Assembly: GCF_026571515.1 (NCBI RefSeq)
Contig: NW_026851631.1
Location: 310,001-374,000, forward strand
Origin: Ruditapes philippinarum
Taxonomy: Eukaryota
Reading direction: 5' to 3'
Length of the DNA: 64,000 nucleotides
Shown here: piece after piece, positions 1 through 12,864 of the stretch
Layout of the letters: every line of letters starts with the position of its first letter
Position numbering within the stretch: the first letter of the stretch is position 1
Program-made: the position numbers and the translations under genes
Notes under the pieces: model-generated
The model's database searches: none
Seen by the model: only the letters and a program-made list of their open reading frames with translations
What the model was told of the DNA's origin: nothing

Positions 1-17
1 GATGTTACTAATCTTAC

Positions 18-234
18 ATTAAACAGTGATGTAAATAACATTTTACGTATATCTCTGCATCCAAATCCAGCTTATTTTTGATGAAGGTATGGTGTTCTTG
101 GAGTCTTTTGAAAGGAAAATTGTTTAATTCATCAAGGGACAGGGACTGTTCATGTTCACTTGTAGCGTCTAAACCAGGCACGGCCTGCCTATTCACCAAC
201 CCAGGGACTGTTTGATTATCCAGCTTTGATTGAT
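18..234 (-). CDS. Possible internal coding exon of an unidentified host gene (weak CARD/death-fold-like resemblance)
   Basis: Open frame DQSKLDNQTVPGLVNRQAVPGLDATSEHEQ...LQEHHTFIKNKLDLDAEIYVKCYLHHCL bounded by TTAAG| acceptor and |GTAAG donor on the minus strand; no other exons identified. Confidence 0.35.
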
Positions 235-620
235 CTTAATCATATCAATAAATATTTATAATTTGATTCATCATCTCTTTAGAATTAACCAGATACGGAA
301 TTACCTTTTTGTAGCGCATGTGTAAACAAAATTGTAATAAAGTACGAAAATTTAATTCATAGCGTTTTCCATTTATAACTCCAGTGCATATTTGAAATTA
401 CACAGGTGAATAATCTTCGGCCAAAACAAGGTATAGCCTGTGTATTTTTAATTGTCATCAATAGTAAATTTCTATTATATATCTTGCGTATCCTCAAGAG
501 CCATAAATTGGTCATGATGTCATCTCATATAAAAATTACATATGGTTTATGAAGAAATAAAGTTAAGATAAATTCTGATCCGTTTAAAATTGATATTGTC
601 GTGAACAACTTGAATAAGAG

Positions 621-770
621 AATATGATAAACAAGATCAACAAAGGAAAGGCGGCGTTCAATGAACGCAACCCCACATGACCCAGCAACAAGAGCCAGTG
701 GCAAGAAGCCCAGTCGCACCCCAAACAAAAACAGGAAAGGGCACAAGACAGAGCACGGACAGGATAATCA
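621..770. repeat. Dispersed ~140-bp repeat, copy 1 (AATATGATAAACAAGATCAACAA...CCCCAAACAAAAACAGG...GCACGGA)
   Basis: Clearly homologous copies at ~43554-43674 and ~57187-57340. Confidence 0.75.
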
Positions 771-1559
771 CTAAAATGATAAATATTTTGTAACTGATAA
801 GGAATTCAAAGAAAACAAATACATGTTTGAATAGTAGGAAATAATTTGTAATCGTCGTATATATCCCATAATGCAGAACTGTTAAAATAATGCAAGATTG
901 AGCAAAGGTTAACATAGTTGTGGAAATAATACTGAAAACAAGTATCTAATGAAGCTATATAATTCGTGTGTTAGGTATACCGAAAAGCTAACTATAAAGA
1001 AAGGCTTTGCGTTATTGTACTTATTGATATCGGCGAAAACACAAACTTCAACGCAAGAACAGTAGCCAGTTCGTTTTTCTCACAAATAATCTGGAACATA
1101 TGTAATGAGGGTCCTTACAGCCGTTTGCGCTAATTCACTTCTTTTAATTTGAAAATATATATCAACCCTTTTTCCTATTCGAAGTGGTCATTATCGCCCC
1201 CCCTTCCATATTAATTTGCACAATTCAGCGTTATTTTTCAAAACTTCTGAGTTACGGGATATACGTTTACAGTAAATATTGACTTCGAATATTTTCTTTG
1301 TATAGAGAACAATAGAACAAAAAGAGGTCGGTATATATTTGCGGACCTGTTAAGCGGTCGGTAAGTGATATTTACTAGACCGCTACAAAAGAGCCGATAG
1401 GTTTAATAAGTGACAACAACTAAATTTAACCATGACTTGCACGTGAAAGTACATCTATTAAGATTATTGATTTTTCTATCCTACAGTTTTATTTTAGCAG
1501 GAGCAATTCTATATAAATAAGCAGGTCATTTTAATGCATATTGTTTTGTAATTGTTGTA

Positions 1560-2598
1560 AAGATGTCTGAGTTGCATTGTGATTTGATATAGGGCAAAAT
1601 TCATGGGTAATTGGATATATGCGCGCCAGAAATAATAACGGATCTAGATTTAGTTTCTGGAGAAAATACCCTTCCATAATTGTTCAATTTCCAGGTGAAA
1701 GTCAATGTTTAAGAAAGGTAGAACTATTGTTAAGGATGATACCCGCCCTTGGCGGCCCAGTTTCGCTACTTCTGAAAAGGACATCAGCACTGTCAAAGAC
1801 ATAGTTGATGAAGATGCAAGATCTACCGTGGAGGAGATATGTGACATATAGAGCCCTAGTGTATCATATGTGTTTTCTTGAAAGAAAAGTTAAAGCTAAG
1901 AAAAGTGTGCTCCCTTTGGATCCTGCATTTGCAAACTTCTGACTAGAAAAAGGAGAGGGCTGAAAAAGCCTCGGGCTTATTGACTAAGTTTATAGATCGA
2001 AATCCTAGACGCATGAAAATAATGCCACAGGGGATTTAACGTGGCTTTATTTGTTTAAGCACGAGAATAATATCTGTAACATAATGTTGGTGTGATCGAC
2101 GTAGCAGGAAAGTGAAAAGAGTTATGTACGTTACATATTTTGACAGTGATGGAATAGAGACCCGTGTAGCTGTGCCTGGCAGGGGTAGTGTTACTGGAAT
2201 ATTTTACCGTAACCATGATCTCACTGCTGTAGTTAATCACTGCGCATCGGTCAGCCTTGGTTGAAGCTTATTTAGAGGAGCAGATAATTAAGGTATTTGC
2301 TACATCCCGCTTATAGTCCTGAACATATCCTGTGACTTTTGGTTTAGTCCATACATCAAATTTTGCCTTCGCTGTCGCCGGTTCGAAACCCGTTGTGACG
2401 TCGGAAGCACTCTCTACGTTTGTTTAACATTGTTCCTAAAAAACAGTTCAAAACTGCTTTCGGAATGAGTTATGAGGCTGAAAAAGTGTGAATAGGACCA
2501 TGTTGAATCTTTTGATGGACCTTCTTATCATTTTTACAGGTATGACTTATTAAAATTTTGCGCTGCCATTGACACTTATATGAAAATGCCCCTTGTAT
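1560..2598 (+). mobile_element. Decayed mariner-family transposon (transposase pseudogene)
   Basis: Fragmentary translations FKKGRTIVKDDTRPWRPSFATSEKDISTVKDIVDEDARSTVEEICDI, KLRKVCSLWI, TGD-TWLY and HPAYSP..CDFW match mariner HTH, WVPHEL, TGDETW and YSPDLAPCD motifs; many stops and frameshifts; ends in ...GCCCCTTGTA like a mariner TIR. Confidence 0.8.
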
Positions 2599-4216
2599 AA
2601 CTTTTAACGTTTGCAATCACAGATTTGTTTAGATAGTTTTGATATGCCAAAACACAAAAAGAAACAACAACTCATGAGGTGTACGAGTATTTTTTCTTAT
2701 TTTTAAGTTGACAAAACAGCTATATTTTAGTGTTTCTTCATTGATATCTAGAGTTTACTTTGCAATCGAATGAAGAACTCTATTAAAATATATTAACACG
2801 AACAAAAATCCTAAAAATTGTAACAATGAATTTTATTATCACAGTAAAAATTGCACAATTAATATACAGGAAAAGCTTATCTTCTCATCAAAAAATATTT
2901 TTTATTTTTGCAAACATTTACAAATGTGAAATATTTAAGAAATAAATATCTTTCTTACCTATTGCATTTATTCCATGGAGGATTATGTAAAACATGTAAA
3001 TTCGAAACAAAAACTCCATTTTCTCTTATTTCCTCGTTTTTATTCCTTTTTTTTAAATCCGCTATCTCGAACCGTTTTAAACGCTTGAATTCTGTTATTT
3101 TTGAAATAAGCAGATCAGTAAAGTGTTAGATAAAGTATGTATTAACTAGGTTATATAGCCTATACAATATATTTCAATAAAAGCGTATCTTGTTTCTGTT
3201 TACATGACAATAGGCATGAAAAGTTATACGTCGGAATACGTTTATCCTTGTTTTATTCAAAGGTAACATATATAAGGTAAATGAGAAAGGATATAAGGAA
3301 GAAAATAAAAGTTTCCCCAAATAAAACAAAAACGAAAAAAGAACACGAACAGAATTGATTTTTTTTCTAACGCAAAAGAACAGGACGTTGAAGTTACTTT
3401 GTTTCACAATGTTTAAATTTCCCATTGAAGTTCAAAAGCCTTTAACAATAAATTTTGAATATAAATCAATTGAGAGAAAGGGAAGTGATGTGCCCAAGAC
3501 AATAATTATATACAGTCCTTATGAAATTCAAAATCTTTGTTTATGCTTATAATGACCCTGTCAGGTAAGGCATTGATTTATTTTCATACTTTTCATTGCG
3601 GTCTTTATAATCCGCGATAATTTGTTTTGATGCATTCTTTGTAAAAAGTCGAGTTTAAGCATAAAGTTTCGTTTTTTATGCCAGTAAATGTCTCATTGAA
3701 AAGTCTCGGCTGAAAATTGCTTTTACTTGCCGCGATATTTTATGAGACGTTGTAAAGGAACAAAACGTTGCGGCCTACAGGTATAACCTTCGACCTTTTC
3801 GTAGAATTTCTACAACACTTGCACAAAAATGGCGCGGATTTCTTTTTGTCCTTCGACTTATTATTGACAAAAGAAGGATAACATTTAGAGTTAAGCAATG
3901 ACCTTTACGGTCACTGGAGTCAAAATGTTTCTTGCTGTTATAAGATATCGAGGTTAATATGTTCTCTATGACATTTAAAGATAATAAATAAAATGTCTTC
4001 GGGTTTTAAATGGCCGCATTTGGCTAACATTTTCCATTTACACGCCTGTATTTTTGCTCGATTTGTATAACAATAATAGTATGAAATAGAATATGTCTGT
4101 GACTTTAAGCAAGATAAATAATATTTTATCGAGTGAGCTTTACAATTAGTATCTCATGAGTGGCTGCCCCGTGTGAGAAAACACTCGTGAAGTTCATGAG
4201 AAAAAATACAATTACA

Positions 4217-4217
<1 letters not shown>

Positions 4218-4254
<37 letters not shown>

Positions 4255-4279
4255 GCACGCACGCACACACACACACACA
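4218..4279. repeat. (CA)n/(CACG)n microsatellite
   Basis: Directly visible. Confidence 0.95.
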
Positions 4280-4762
4280 ATAAGATCTTTTTTTTCTTTC
4301 TAATGCTTAAATATGATTTAAAGTCATATTTATTCAATGTTTACTTGAATACCCACTGATAGCCTCAATTTCGGACGAAATTCTTATAGATTTATGAAGA
4401 CTGGAGCTAAAAAAAAAGTTCAGAAAATCAATCTAAGATGGCGATGATATTACTAATGTTAAACAAAAATCATGAATAATAATTTCATAGATAAAACAAG
4501 CCAATCTAGATGATGAAAAGTTACACAATGTCGTTTAACAATTATCACTCGGGCGTATGCATTTATTTGTGCTGTCCGTACCGCCATTTTCAAAGTTATA
4601 AGGACCGGAAAATCCATCGAGGATTGTTACAAACAAAATGGTTTTATTACACTTCTGCCCGTGGCTAGTGTAATACATTTGTTCAAAAAGTTAGATAAAT
4701 ATGATATTTAAAAAGCGCTCTAATTTCATGAAGTCCATATATACGAATATATATTAAAGTTA

Positions 4763-4956
4763 TGTTTGTTTGTTTGTTTGTTTTCGGGTTTACGTCGCAC
4801 CGACACAGTAAAGGTCATATCGCGACGTTCCAGCTTTACTGGTGGAGGAAGACCTCAGGTGCCCTTCCGTTCATTATTTCAGGCACGAACGGGTACCTGA
4901 GTAGAACCACCGACGCTCCGTAAGCTAGCTGGATAGCTTCCTCACATGAAAGAATC
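4763..4956 (-). mobile_element. 5'-truncated SINE (core-domain type, Meta/V-SINE-like) with (AAAC)n tail
   Basis: Minus strand reads ...GTCGGTGGTTCTACTCAGG...CTTCCTCCACCAGTAAAGCTGG...GTCGGTGCGACGTAAACCC then (AAAC)n; related copies at 61170-61342, 63295-63463 and fragments near 54760, 57700 and 60070; subfamily assignment from memory only. Confidence 0.7.
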
Positions 4957-5276
4957 ATATATTAAAGTATAAAGTAGCAAATAAGACTGTTTATTGGATT
5001 TAATTATTTTTGTTAATAAGAAATAAAAAAAAATAATATTCAGCATAATAATTATCAAATACGTGCATAAGTTGCATTTTCTGAATGAAATAAAATAACA
5101 TTTACAAAAACAATTAATAAAGTAAACATCAAGTATTTTCATATTGCAAAGTACCATAAGTAAATGATGCGTGACTTTTAATCGTTTATTTACTTTATAC
5201 TTATATAAATCATAACAAGCGCACACATTCAAATCGATAATTACAGCTAAGCATGAAACTACGATCCCCAAGGTGA

Positions 5277-5943
5277 CATTATCCACACTTTTTTCCCGCG
5301 ACTTAATTCGTAATTATTACGGATATTATTTCGATTTTTTCGAAATATAATTTCGTTTTTACGAAATATTATTTCGTTTTACCGAATATCAATACGTAAT
5401 TACGAAATATAAATTCGTTTTTATGAAATCTTATTTCATTTAACGAAATAATAATTCGTTTATACCCCCTTTCAATCGCACCGATAAGATATCTTTATAA
5501 TTTTTGAAAATTTCAAATAATTTTCGAAAATTGAAACAAGGGCCTTTTTCCCAAAATAGCTGGAACAAGCCCTGTATGATTTTAACAGTAATGTCATTGT
5601 AACATTGACTTTGACGACAGACCCGAAAATAAATAGGGGTCATCTACTGGCCAGGGCCTCACTTGTCTCTTCCTTTATTAAATATAAAGACAGTAAATGT
5701 CATAGGTATTAAGTTATTGAGCCGGCAAGAAAGAAGCTAATGTTGCTATAGTGATTGCGTGAACTCACAGGATCTATCTCGTAAAAACGAACTATTAATT
5801 CGTATTTAAAAAATTATATTTTGTTTTGACGAATTATTCTTTAGAAAATAGGAAATAATATTTCGTAAAACGAGTTAATATTTTTATTTACGAAACAAAA
5901 TCGTATTTACGAATAAGTCCCGGAGAAAAAGTGTTGAAAATGT
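5277..5943. mobile_element. Foldback/MITE-like element with terminal inverted repeats and internal ~21-bp subrepeats
   Basis: Left end ACATTATCCACACTTTTTTCCCGCGACTTAATTCGTAA is the approximate reverse complement of right end TTACGAATAAGTCCCGGAGAAAAAGTGTTGAAAATGT; tandem TTACGAAATATAATTTCGT-like units lie in opposite orientation in each arm. Confidence 0.7.
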
Positions 5944-7428
5944 TTTTGCATAAGAACTTAACATTTATCTGTTTGAAATTTAAAATATGGCCTATCTTAA
6001 TCTGAATAGAACATGACCTGTGTGTCGGTATGATTTGGTAAGGTATGTGTAATGAGCGCATTTTGCGCGGAGCTTCTCAATTGCTGCATTGCAGCAACAT
6101 TTATACTTGTTGTACTTTTGATTTAACTAGTATATCATGACATGAGGTGATCATTGAGGCCATCGTGCATTCCCGTTTATAGTAAGATAATCCAAAAGTG
6201 CACCATTTAAGTTTGTTTATTTCTGAACTTTGGAAAGAGAACTTTACTAAACCTGTTACCCATGTCAACTAGTCTAACCCCAACCACAGCTATTTTGAAA
6301 ACAAGACTTTATAAAACACATTAATTTAAAATTTTAAGGTTAAACGTATATTCCATATTCATTGGATCAGGATCAGGGGTAACAAAAACGATTTCTATTT
6401 ACTCATACAATATATAGCTTTTATTTCAAGATCGTAGATATTGATGAAATTCGTTTTTAGGTATTACAATTTCCGCAGATGGTTCTTTTAATGCAACGTA
6501 CGAGATATTTAAGGGCCAGGTGTTGGAAGCAATATATAAACTGACGTGTTATTTAGTTAAATAGATTGGCATTGCTATGAAGTTTTCTTTTGTACTTTTC
6601 GATTGGTTCGTTGTTTCTACTATGAGATACGGAAGTAACACGTGTTAAAGAGATTCAATATTGTTCTACAGAAAAAAATGTAGATTGAGAATTGGTTGAT
6701 TTTTATTCAGGTTAAAAACACACATATGCATGTACACAATAACTCATTTCTACATTAATTTTTTTATAACAGCAGTAAATAGATATATTTGTTTAAAAGA
6801 ACTTAAGCATTGTGTTACAAATAATGACTATTACAAAAATATATTGACATCATTTCTAAGGTCATTCGCATGGTGCCCTTTATTAATGTCTTTAGGCAAG
6901 GCATTCTAGTCATTAATTGCACTATAAAAGAAGGTTTTATTATCTTTTCCTTTACATTTGGGATTCTTAAAGTGTGCTAATTTGCCCGAGTTGAATAAAT
7001 ATGTATGTCTTGAACAGTTACAAAGTTGTGTTTTATGCATGAAGGGCACTTATAATTATCCATTTTGAATAAATTTTTGATACAAAATTGCTTATTTCTG
7101 TTTTCTTTATTTATCAATAACATATCAACAAGATTGAAATAATACAATAGGCTAGACATATGTTAATATGTATAGTTAGACATAAGTTTTAAATATCAGA
7201 ATGTTAGTGTAAAAATTAGATATGACATGTATACAATACGATGCTAAAAAACAAAGCAATGTATCATTATAAGATTTCAAAGGCATATAACATTAAACTT
7301 TTGATGTCTAATTTTGTATTATCAGCTTTTTTAATACTTACCAATAATATAAACGTGCAACCGAAATTCCTACTGTCTATTTTACCTCTGGGGTCCATAG
7401 GGCGATGTGCCCCCTTTCTGTTTGGGAG

Positions 7429-8672
7429 TTTGAAGGGGACAGTAGTCCCCCTCATCGCCAAGAATATTTTTGACATGTGACAGGCTAGCTAAAAATGGCC
7501 TCAGGTCGATCTTAAGGTAATGTGTAACCAACGTTAAAAAGCCATTTACTCTATCTCTATCCATTGAAAGGTTGCATCACTTTGAAATCAGTTTTGATGG
7601 GGAAAAATGCAAAATAGTGATTTTTGGCAATTCATTGCCATTGTTACAGGACATTTTAGATTGAGCATGCTGTTACAAAAGCATTGGGTATGGTTCAGTC
7701 GATATTCATCAAGTTTGAAGGAATTTCTATAGTTCCATAGCAGTTTGAACTTGTAACAGAAAGCTTTTCAATGAAAACTTTAAATTATAAAATACAAATG
7801 TATGCTCCTGCGGTAAAAAGTTAAATCTTTTTTATGCAAAATATTGCAATCGCTTTTCTTGAAATGTTATCATAGAATCTAAAATTAGGGTTCAATAATT
7901 ATATTAAAAGGACTTATTATACGGAATGTCTTGGGAGGCACTGTGCAATAAGAAAGTGCTTTAAGATTACATATCATGCCAAAAAGGTCACATGTATACT
8001 GAAAATAGATATTTCATGTTAAGGTAGTATACCTCTATTGCATTACCTCCGCTTTGAAAAGTATTCAAATAGGCTAGATGAATTGAAACCTTGGGGGCAT
8101 GGGTTCAAACCCCAAAAGGGGCAAATTTTTATCTTTTTTTTCTTTTTAACATTATTTATGTATCTCTCAGATCCGTAATGGGATGGAAAAAATGTTTGAA
8201 TTTTTATTATATAATTATCGTAGGTAAGTTTAGTGAAAATAAAATATACACGGTAGAAGTATTTTATATTTTGCTAGATCAACCAATATACTTTTAAGAT
8301 AATTTAGGGTTGAATACAACCCCTCATTGTGGTAAATTTCAGGGATATTTTGAATAAGGCTTTTAAATAGGGAAATTGTCAAATATGTGTTTAAAATTGG
8401 TTGGGTAGGTAACATTTTCATATATATTGAAAGCATTATGTGTAGAAACAATCATTTTGCACGTGTAATTTGTTGCATGTATACTATTATTTGTTTCTTA
8501 ACAATGATCAATAGGCAAACAAATTTCATTATGATGATATTGTAGATTATTTAAAGTTTCTTCATTTCTGAAAAAAACCTTCTAATGGCAAAATTTTAGT
8601 TCAGAAAAATGTCCCTTACTCAAAAACCATACGGTTAATTTTGTTTAAAGTTTGCAAACACGCGTCCTTTAA
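7429..8672. mobile_element. Possible Kolobok-like non-autonomous DNA transposon
   Basis: Right end ...GTCCTTTAA and degenerate left end TTGAAGGGGAC (TTAA/AGG-type ends); internal segment ~7750-7830 resembles ~16700-16770 in another TTAAAGGG-starting insert. Confidence 0.35.
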
Positions 8673-11125
8673 GGCGTATAACTGTCCTTTGTTGTCAATT
8701 GTACAGTTTTGTATACTGTCATTAGGGGTGTTCTACCACTGTGACAATAAACATAACATTTAAAGAAAATAAATTCGTAAAATTTTCCTTTTTCCTTTTT
8801 TGTATCAGGTAACAAAATGATCACGCAATGAATAGAAAAATAATTTATTACATACTGAATAAAATTAAGTCAACCTTGCATGTGAATTAAGTTTAGCGGT
8901 AGAGAGGTTTAACACTCGGTACAATATACTACTATTACGTTTGAAAAACATCTTCAGTTTACCGATAATTGTGTCTAAAATTTGATATTTCTCTTTTTAA
9001 TTTACAATAATGTATTAAATGTGACATATTATACGCTGTACTTTATTCATACAAAACATTTCACTTTAATCATCATGACAGTTGAAAATATAAATATACA
9101 TTGCATAAACATTTGAACGAATTAATGCAGTTTGTATACACTTTGGATGAGCGTTACAACAGCATAGTAATGTTTTAACAAACTTTTTAGTAAGGTTTCG
9201 CTTCAACTCTAAAGTAATCGTATCATGTTTTTCTAAAAGGACATGTTAAAAATACTTTGATATTTTAAATGAAAGTTATAGTTCACACTGCACCTACCTA
9301 TGATTTTCACCAAATCACCATTGAGATATTTTAAACTTTTTGCTCCACTTACTCATATGGTAAAAATTGAACATCATCAATATTGCGCAATTTCTTTATG
9401 TAAACAAGAAAATTGAGGAAACAATTAAAGGGGTGGCTTAAGAAAGCTCTGTTTAAGCACAGACTGACTCTTTCTGTTCATGTTATTTGATAATTAACAT
9501 ATTAAACGAAACAGTCGTAGGTTCAATGTTTTGTCTGTAAAATAAAGGCAAACCAATGTTTTACATCTATCATATTTCTTCCTCATGCATATAATAAAGG
9601 GCAGAGGGCGACAAACGTTATCTCCATATATTAAAAGAACAAAATTAGATAAGAAGGGTTAATAAAAATGTTTATCACATGAACCGCGGCGCAGAAGTAT
9701 AATAAAGCCATTTAATAAAAACGATATTACACTAGTGTAATAACACTTTGGCGTGACATCATTTGCGCTAAATATAAACGTGGCGTTAAAAGCGCGCTAA
9801 TGTTAGCTTTACATTTTTGGCGCGTCATTGAAAAAATACTCATTTTAACAGTTTACTGATCTTATTTTATATATGTGATAAATAGAATATTATATTCGTG
9901 TAGATTCAATACTAAATTTATTGAACTCGTTGAAGAAAACAATATTTTGCTCGCCAGAGGCTCGCATAATATGATTTTATTCAACTCGTTCAATAAATTT
10001 AGTATTAAACTACACTCATTCAAGTATGAATGGTGCTTTCTCACAACATAGCCCAACTTCCACAAAAGGAATAGTCTTCATAGTTTGACTTCAAGACCGA
10101 ACAACTTTTTAAATATGTTGGGGTGCAAAAGAGCCACGAAAAAAGGGCTGAGACTGTATGTATTTCTTTCAGGAGCTGTTGCGTCTTCATCATCAGTAAC
10201 TGCTTCAATGACATGTTGTTTTCTCCCTTTGACAGTAAATACTGTATCATCGATTAAAATTAAATACGTCAGCAATGACCAGTCGATGTTCTACCATCAA
10301 CTGACCCGCAAATTATTCATGTTCTACCTGTTCAGTAAAATGTTATCGTCCGTTTGGTATTACAAGGTTTTGGAAAATAGTCACACGTTTACTTCGTCGC
10401 TCAAAATTTTAACAGCTGCTTATATCCTATTATGAGTGTGGTGAAAGTTACATGAAACGGATCGCTAAAAATTAGGAAGAGTGAACTATAAGCCGGCTTT
10501 AGGTCACATATTAGAATTTTATAAAAAAAAAGTGCAGCGGCCACTTACTCCCCATTGCACTAAATTTATATACTATCTTATATAGGAACTATAACCTATA
10601 CTTAACGGATAATGAATATGAAGATAAGAAACAAAGTTTTATAATTTTATTGTAAACTTTAGCTATATATAGATTATTTTGTTTTCCAATACAAAAGAAT
10701 ATTTAAAAATGTCATGTATATAAATATCTATAGTATATATCAAAACATACATACATTAACACCATACTTAACTAAGCTACTGACATGTCCTGTCTACCAT
10801 TAACCTTAAGAAAAGTTATTATGATTTCTTCATTAGCCAATAGCGGCATTGAATTCCTGTTGAAATGTCACTCCAACGCAAATTTGATTTTGACATGACA
10901 TAATATTTGAGTTAAATATACAAGATAACTAAAATAAATAAATTCAATATCGTATGAAGTTAAACCGAAACAATTCTTACATTTAATACACTCAGCAAAA
11001 AATAGAATTCTGACAGTGCATATTTTATTATTATTTTCAGGAAATCGATGACGGTAATGTAAAAACGAATGTTGGGCATGAAAAAGAGATTCGTGTACAA
11101 CATTGATATGCATTTTGTTGTTTAT

Positions 11126-12864
11126 TTATTTTGTTTTTACTTTGTCTTGTTGAAACACAACGGGACCGTTTCTTTGCATAAACGGAATAGCCTCGGCATT
11201 CAAGACTTCGTTGATGTATCTCTGTTCACCCATTATCCAGCCCCATACCATGACGCTTCCACCACCGAAACGATCATGCCGTCTAACACAGACAGGTGCA
11301 AACCTATCGCCCTTTCGACGGTAAATTCTTACACGGCCGTCGGTAAGACTGAGATTGTAACGAGACTCGTCTGAAAACATGACAGTATTCCAGTCACGTC
11401 GCCGCCAGTGATGGTGCGCACGTGCCCACCTAATACGTGCTTTGCAATGGCATAAAAATGAGAATACCACCTGTACGAGGGATGTCCGGAAAGTTCATAT
11501 ACATCTTCATTTTTTATTGTATAACAATACATACGCTGTACAAATTTTGTCAGCATGAAAATACATATCAAGCGAACACATTTATCAAACACTACTGAAC
11601 TGTGACTTACGTTTGTAATTTAACAGTATTTACATATATACATCGTCATGGAGTACTTTGACAGCGTCAACGGCGTCAAATTAACTTCATGTTTACCAAC
11701 TATTCAATTTCTTCCGTTTTCAATAACCATGGTACACCTGTCTGGCGTATACTTAATACACGTAATGTTCCTTTGCTATTACTAGCACTTCATAAATTTC
11801 ATATTTAAAATTATTCTTTAAAAAACAAAGATGTCACTGGTTCCCATACAGTGTGCGAGATGTCTGTCTTTTTCAAAAATTGTAACGCAATGTTCGATAT
11901 ATCGGCCATGCTACTTTTGGTCATCTGGAGCGTTTCTTATACGACATCCTGTCATCACCGCTTCTTAATCTTGTTTGACATTTAAACACAAGTTGCCTTT
12001 AACATTTTATGGTTGATTTTGTTGATTAAAATCTCAGTTGGCGCCATATTAGCATTGCTATGAAGTTAAATATTATCATAACGTTGCTCCGTCTGTAAAA
12101 TTGACGTCATTTTTGCAACACAAAATTTATACAACTTCATTGCCTATAATCGTCGTTAACAAGCTGTTTATTTACGTATGACGATATAATTTTCACTAAA
12201 TATCATGTAATAGTATCCTATGATGTCACAAAATTAAAACGACAGATTGCATTAAAATACAACTTTTAGCAACTTATTATTCGAGTAGCTATTGTTATGA
12301 AATCAAAGTGCTCCGTGATTCGTTGATCATGTTTCCATAGTGATCGGCGCTTTACAGATATTTATTTTATCATGTCTTTTAATTTAGAAATATGTAGCAA
12401 ATAAATACTTAAGCAAAGTATTCAATTATCATATTGATATGACAGTTTATAATAATTTTATAGACTTGTCTACGAACTTTCCGGACAACCCTCGTATATG
12501 GGCATCGCGCTCTAATCGGGCGTTGTTGTGCACGCAACCGATTGCGAATGGTTTGAGCAGTTACGTTAAACGCGGGTGCGGTCAAGGTCGCCGGTCTAAA
12601 CCTATCACGTATTTGAGTTAAAACAATTGCACGATCGTTCCTTTGGGTAGTTGCCCTTGGCCTACCTGGCCTTGGACTATCGTGCAAATCACCTGTAAGT
12701 CTATAGTGTCTTACAAGTTCATGAACTGTGTTGCAGTTAAACGTTCCACTCACGTCAACAACAGAAGCCCCACCCAGCGGCATTTCTATAACTTGATTTC
12801 CCTCTGCTATGGTAAACATTGTGGCATTGTGACATCGTTCAGCATGCATGGGGTCCACGTGCAA
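11126..12864 (-). mobile_element. Tc1-family transposase pseudogene split by a MITE insertion
   Basis: ORF 12409-12864 has the paired-like HTH region (DSPRPGRPRATT, TIRNRLR); ORF 11126-11470 has WNTVMFSDESRY, GGGSVMVWG and FQQD DDE motifs; internally deleted. Confidence 0.9.
11476..12494. mobile_element. Mariner-type non-autonomous element (MITE), TA target duplication
   Basis: TA-CGAGGGATGTCCGGAAAGTTC ... GAACTTTCCGGACAACCCTCG-TA inverted termini; no ORF inside; interrupts the Tc1 ORF at R-C-P-Y. Confidence 0.92.

Noticed and set aside
8085-8125. tRNA gene (GGGTTCAAACCC B-box)
   Set aside because: No A box or cloverleaf upstream
525-10435. Numerous 60-116 aa ORFs in the ORF track
   Set aside because: Low-complexity F/L/I/K-rich translations expected from AT-rich non-coding DNA; no domains or splice support
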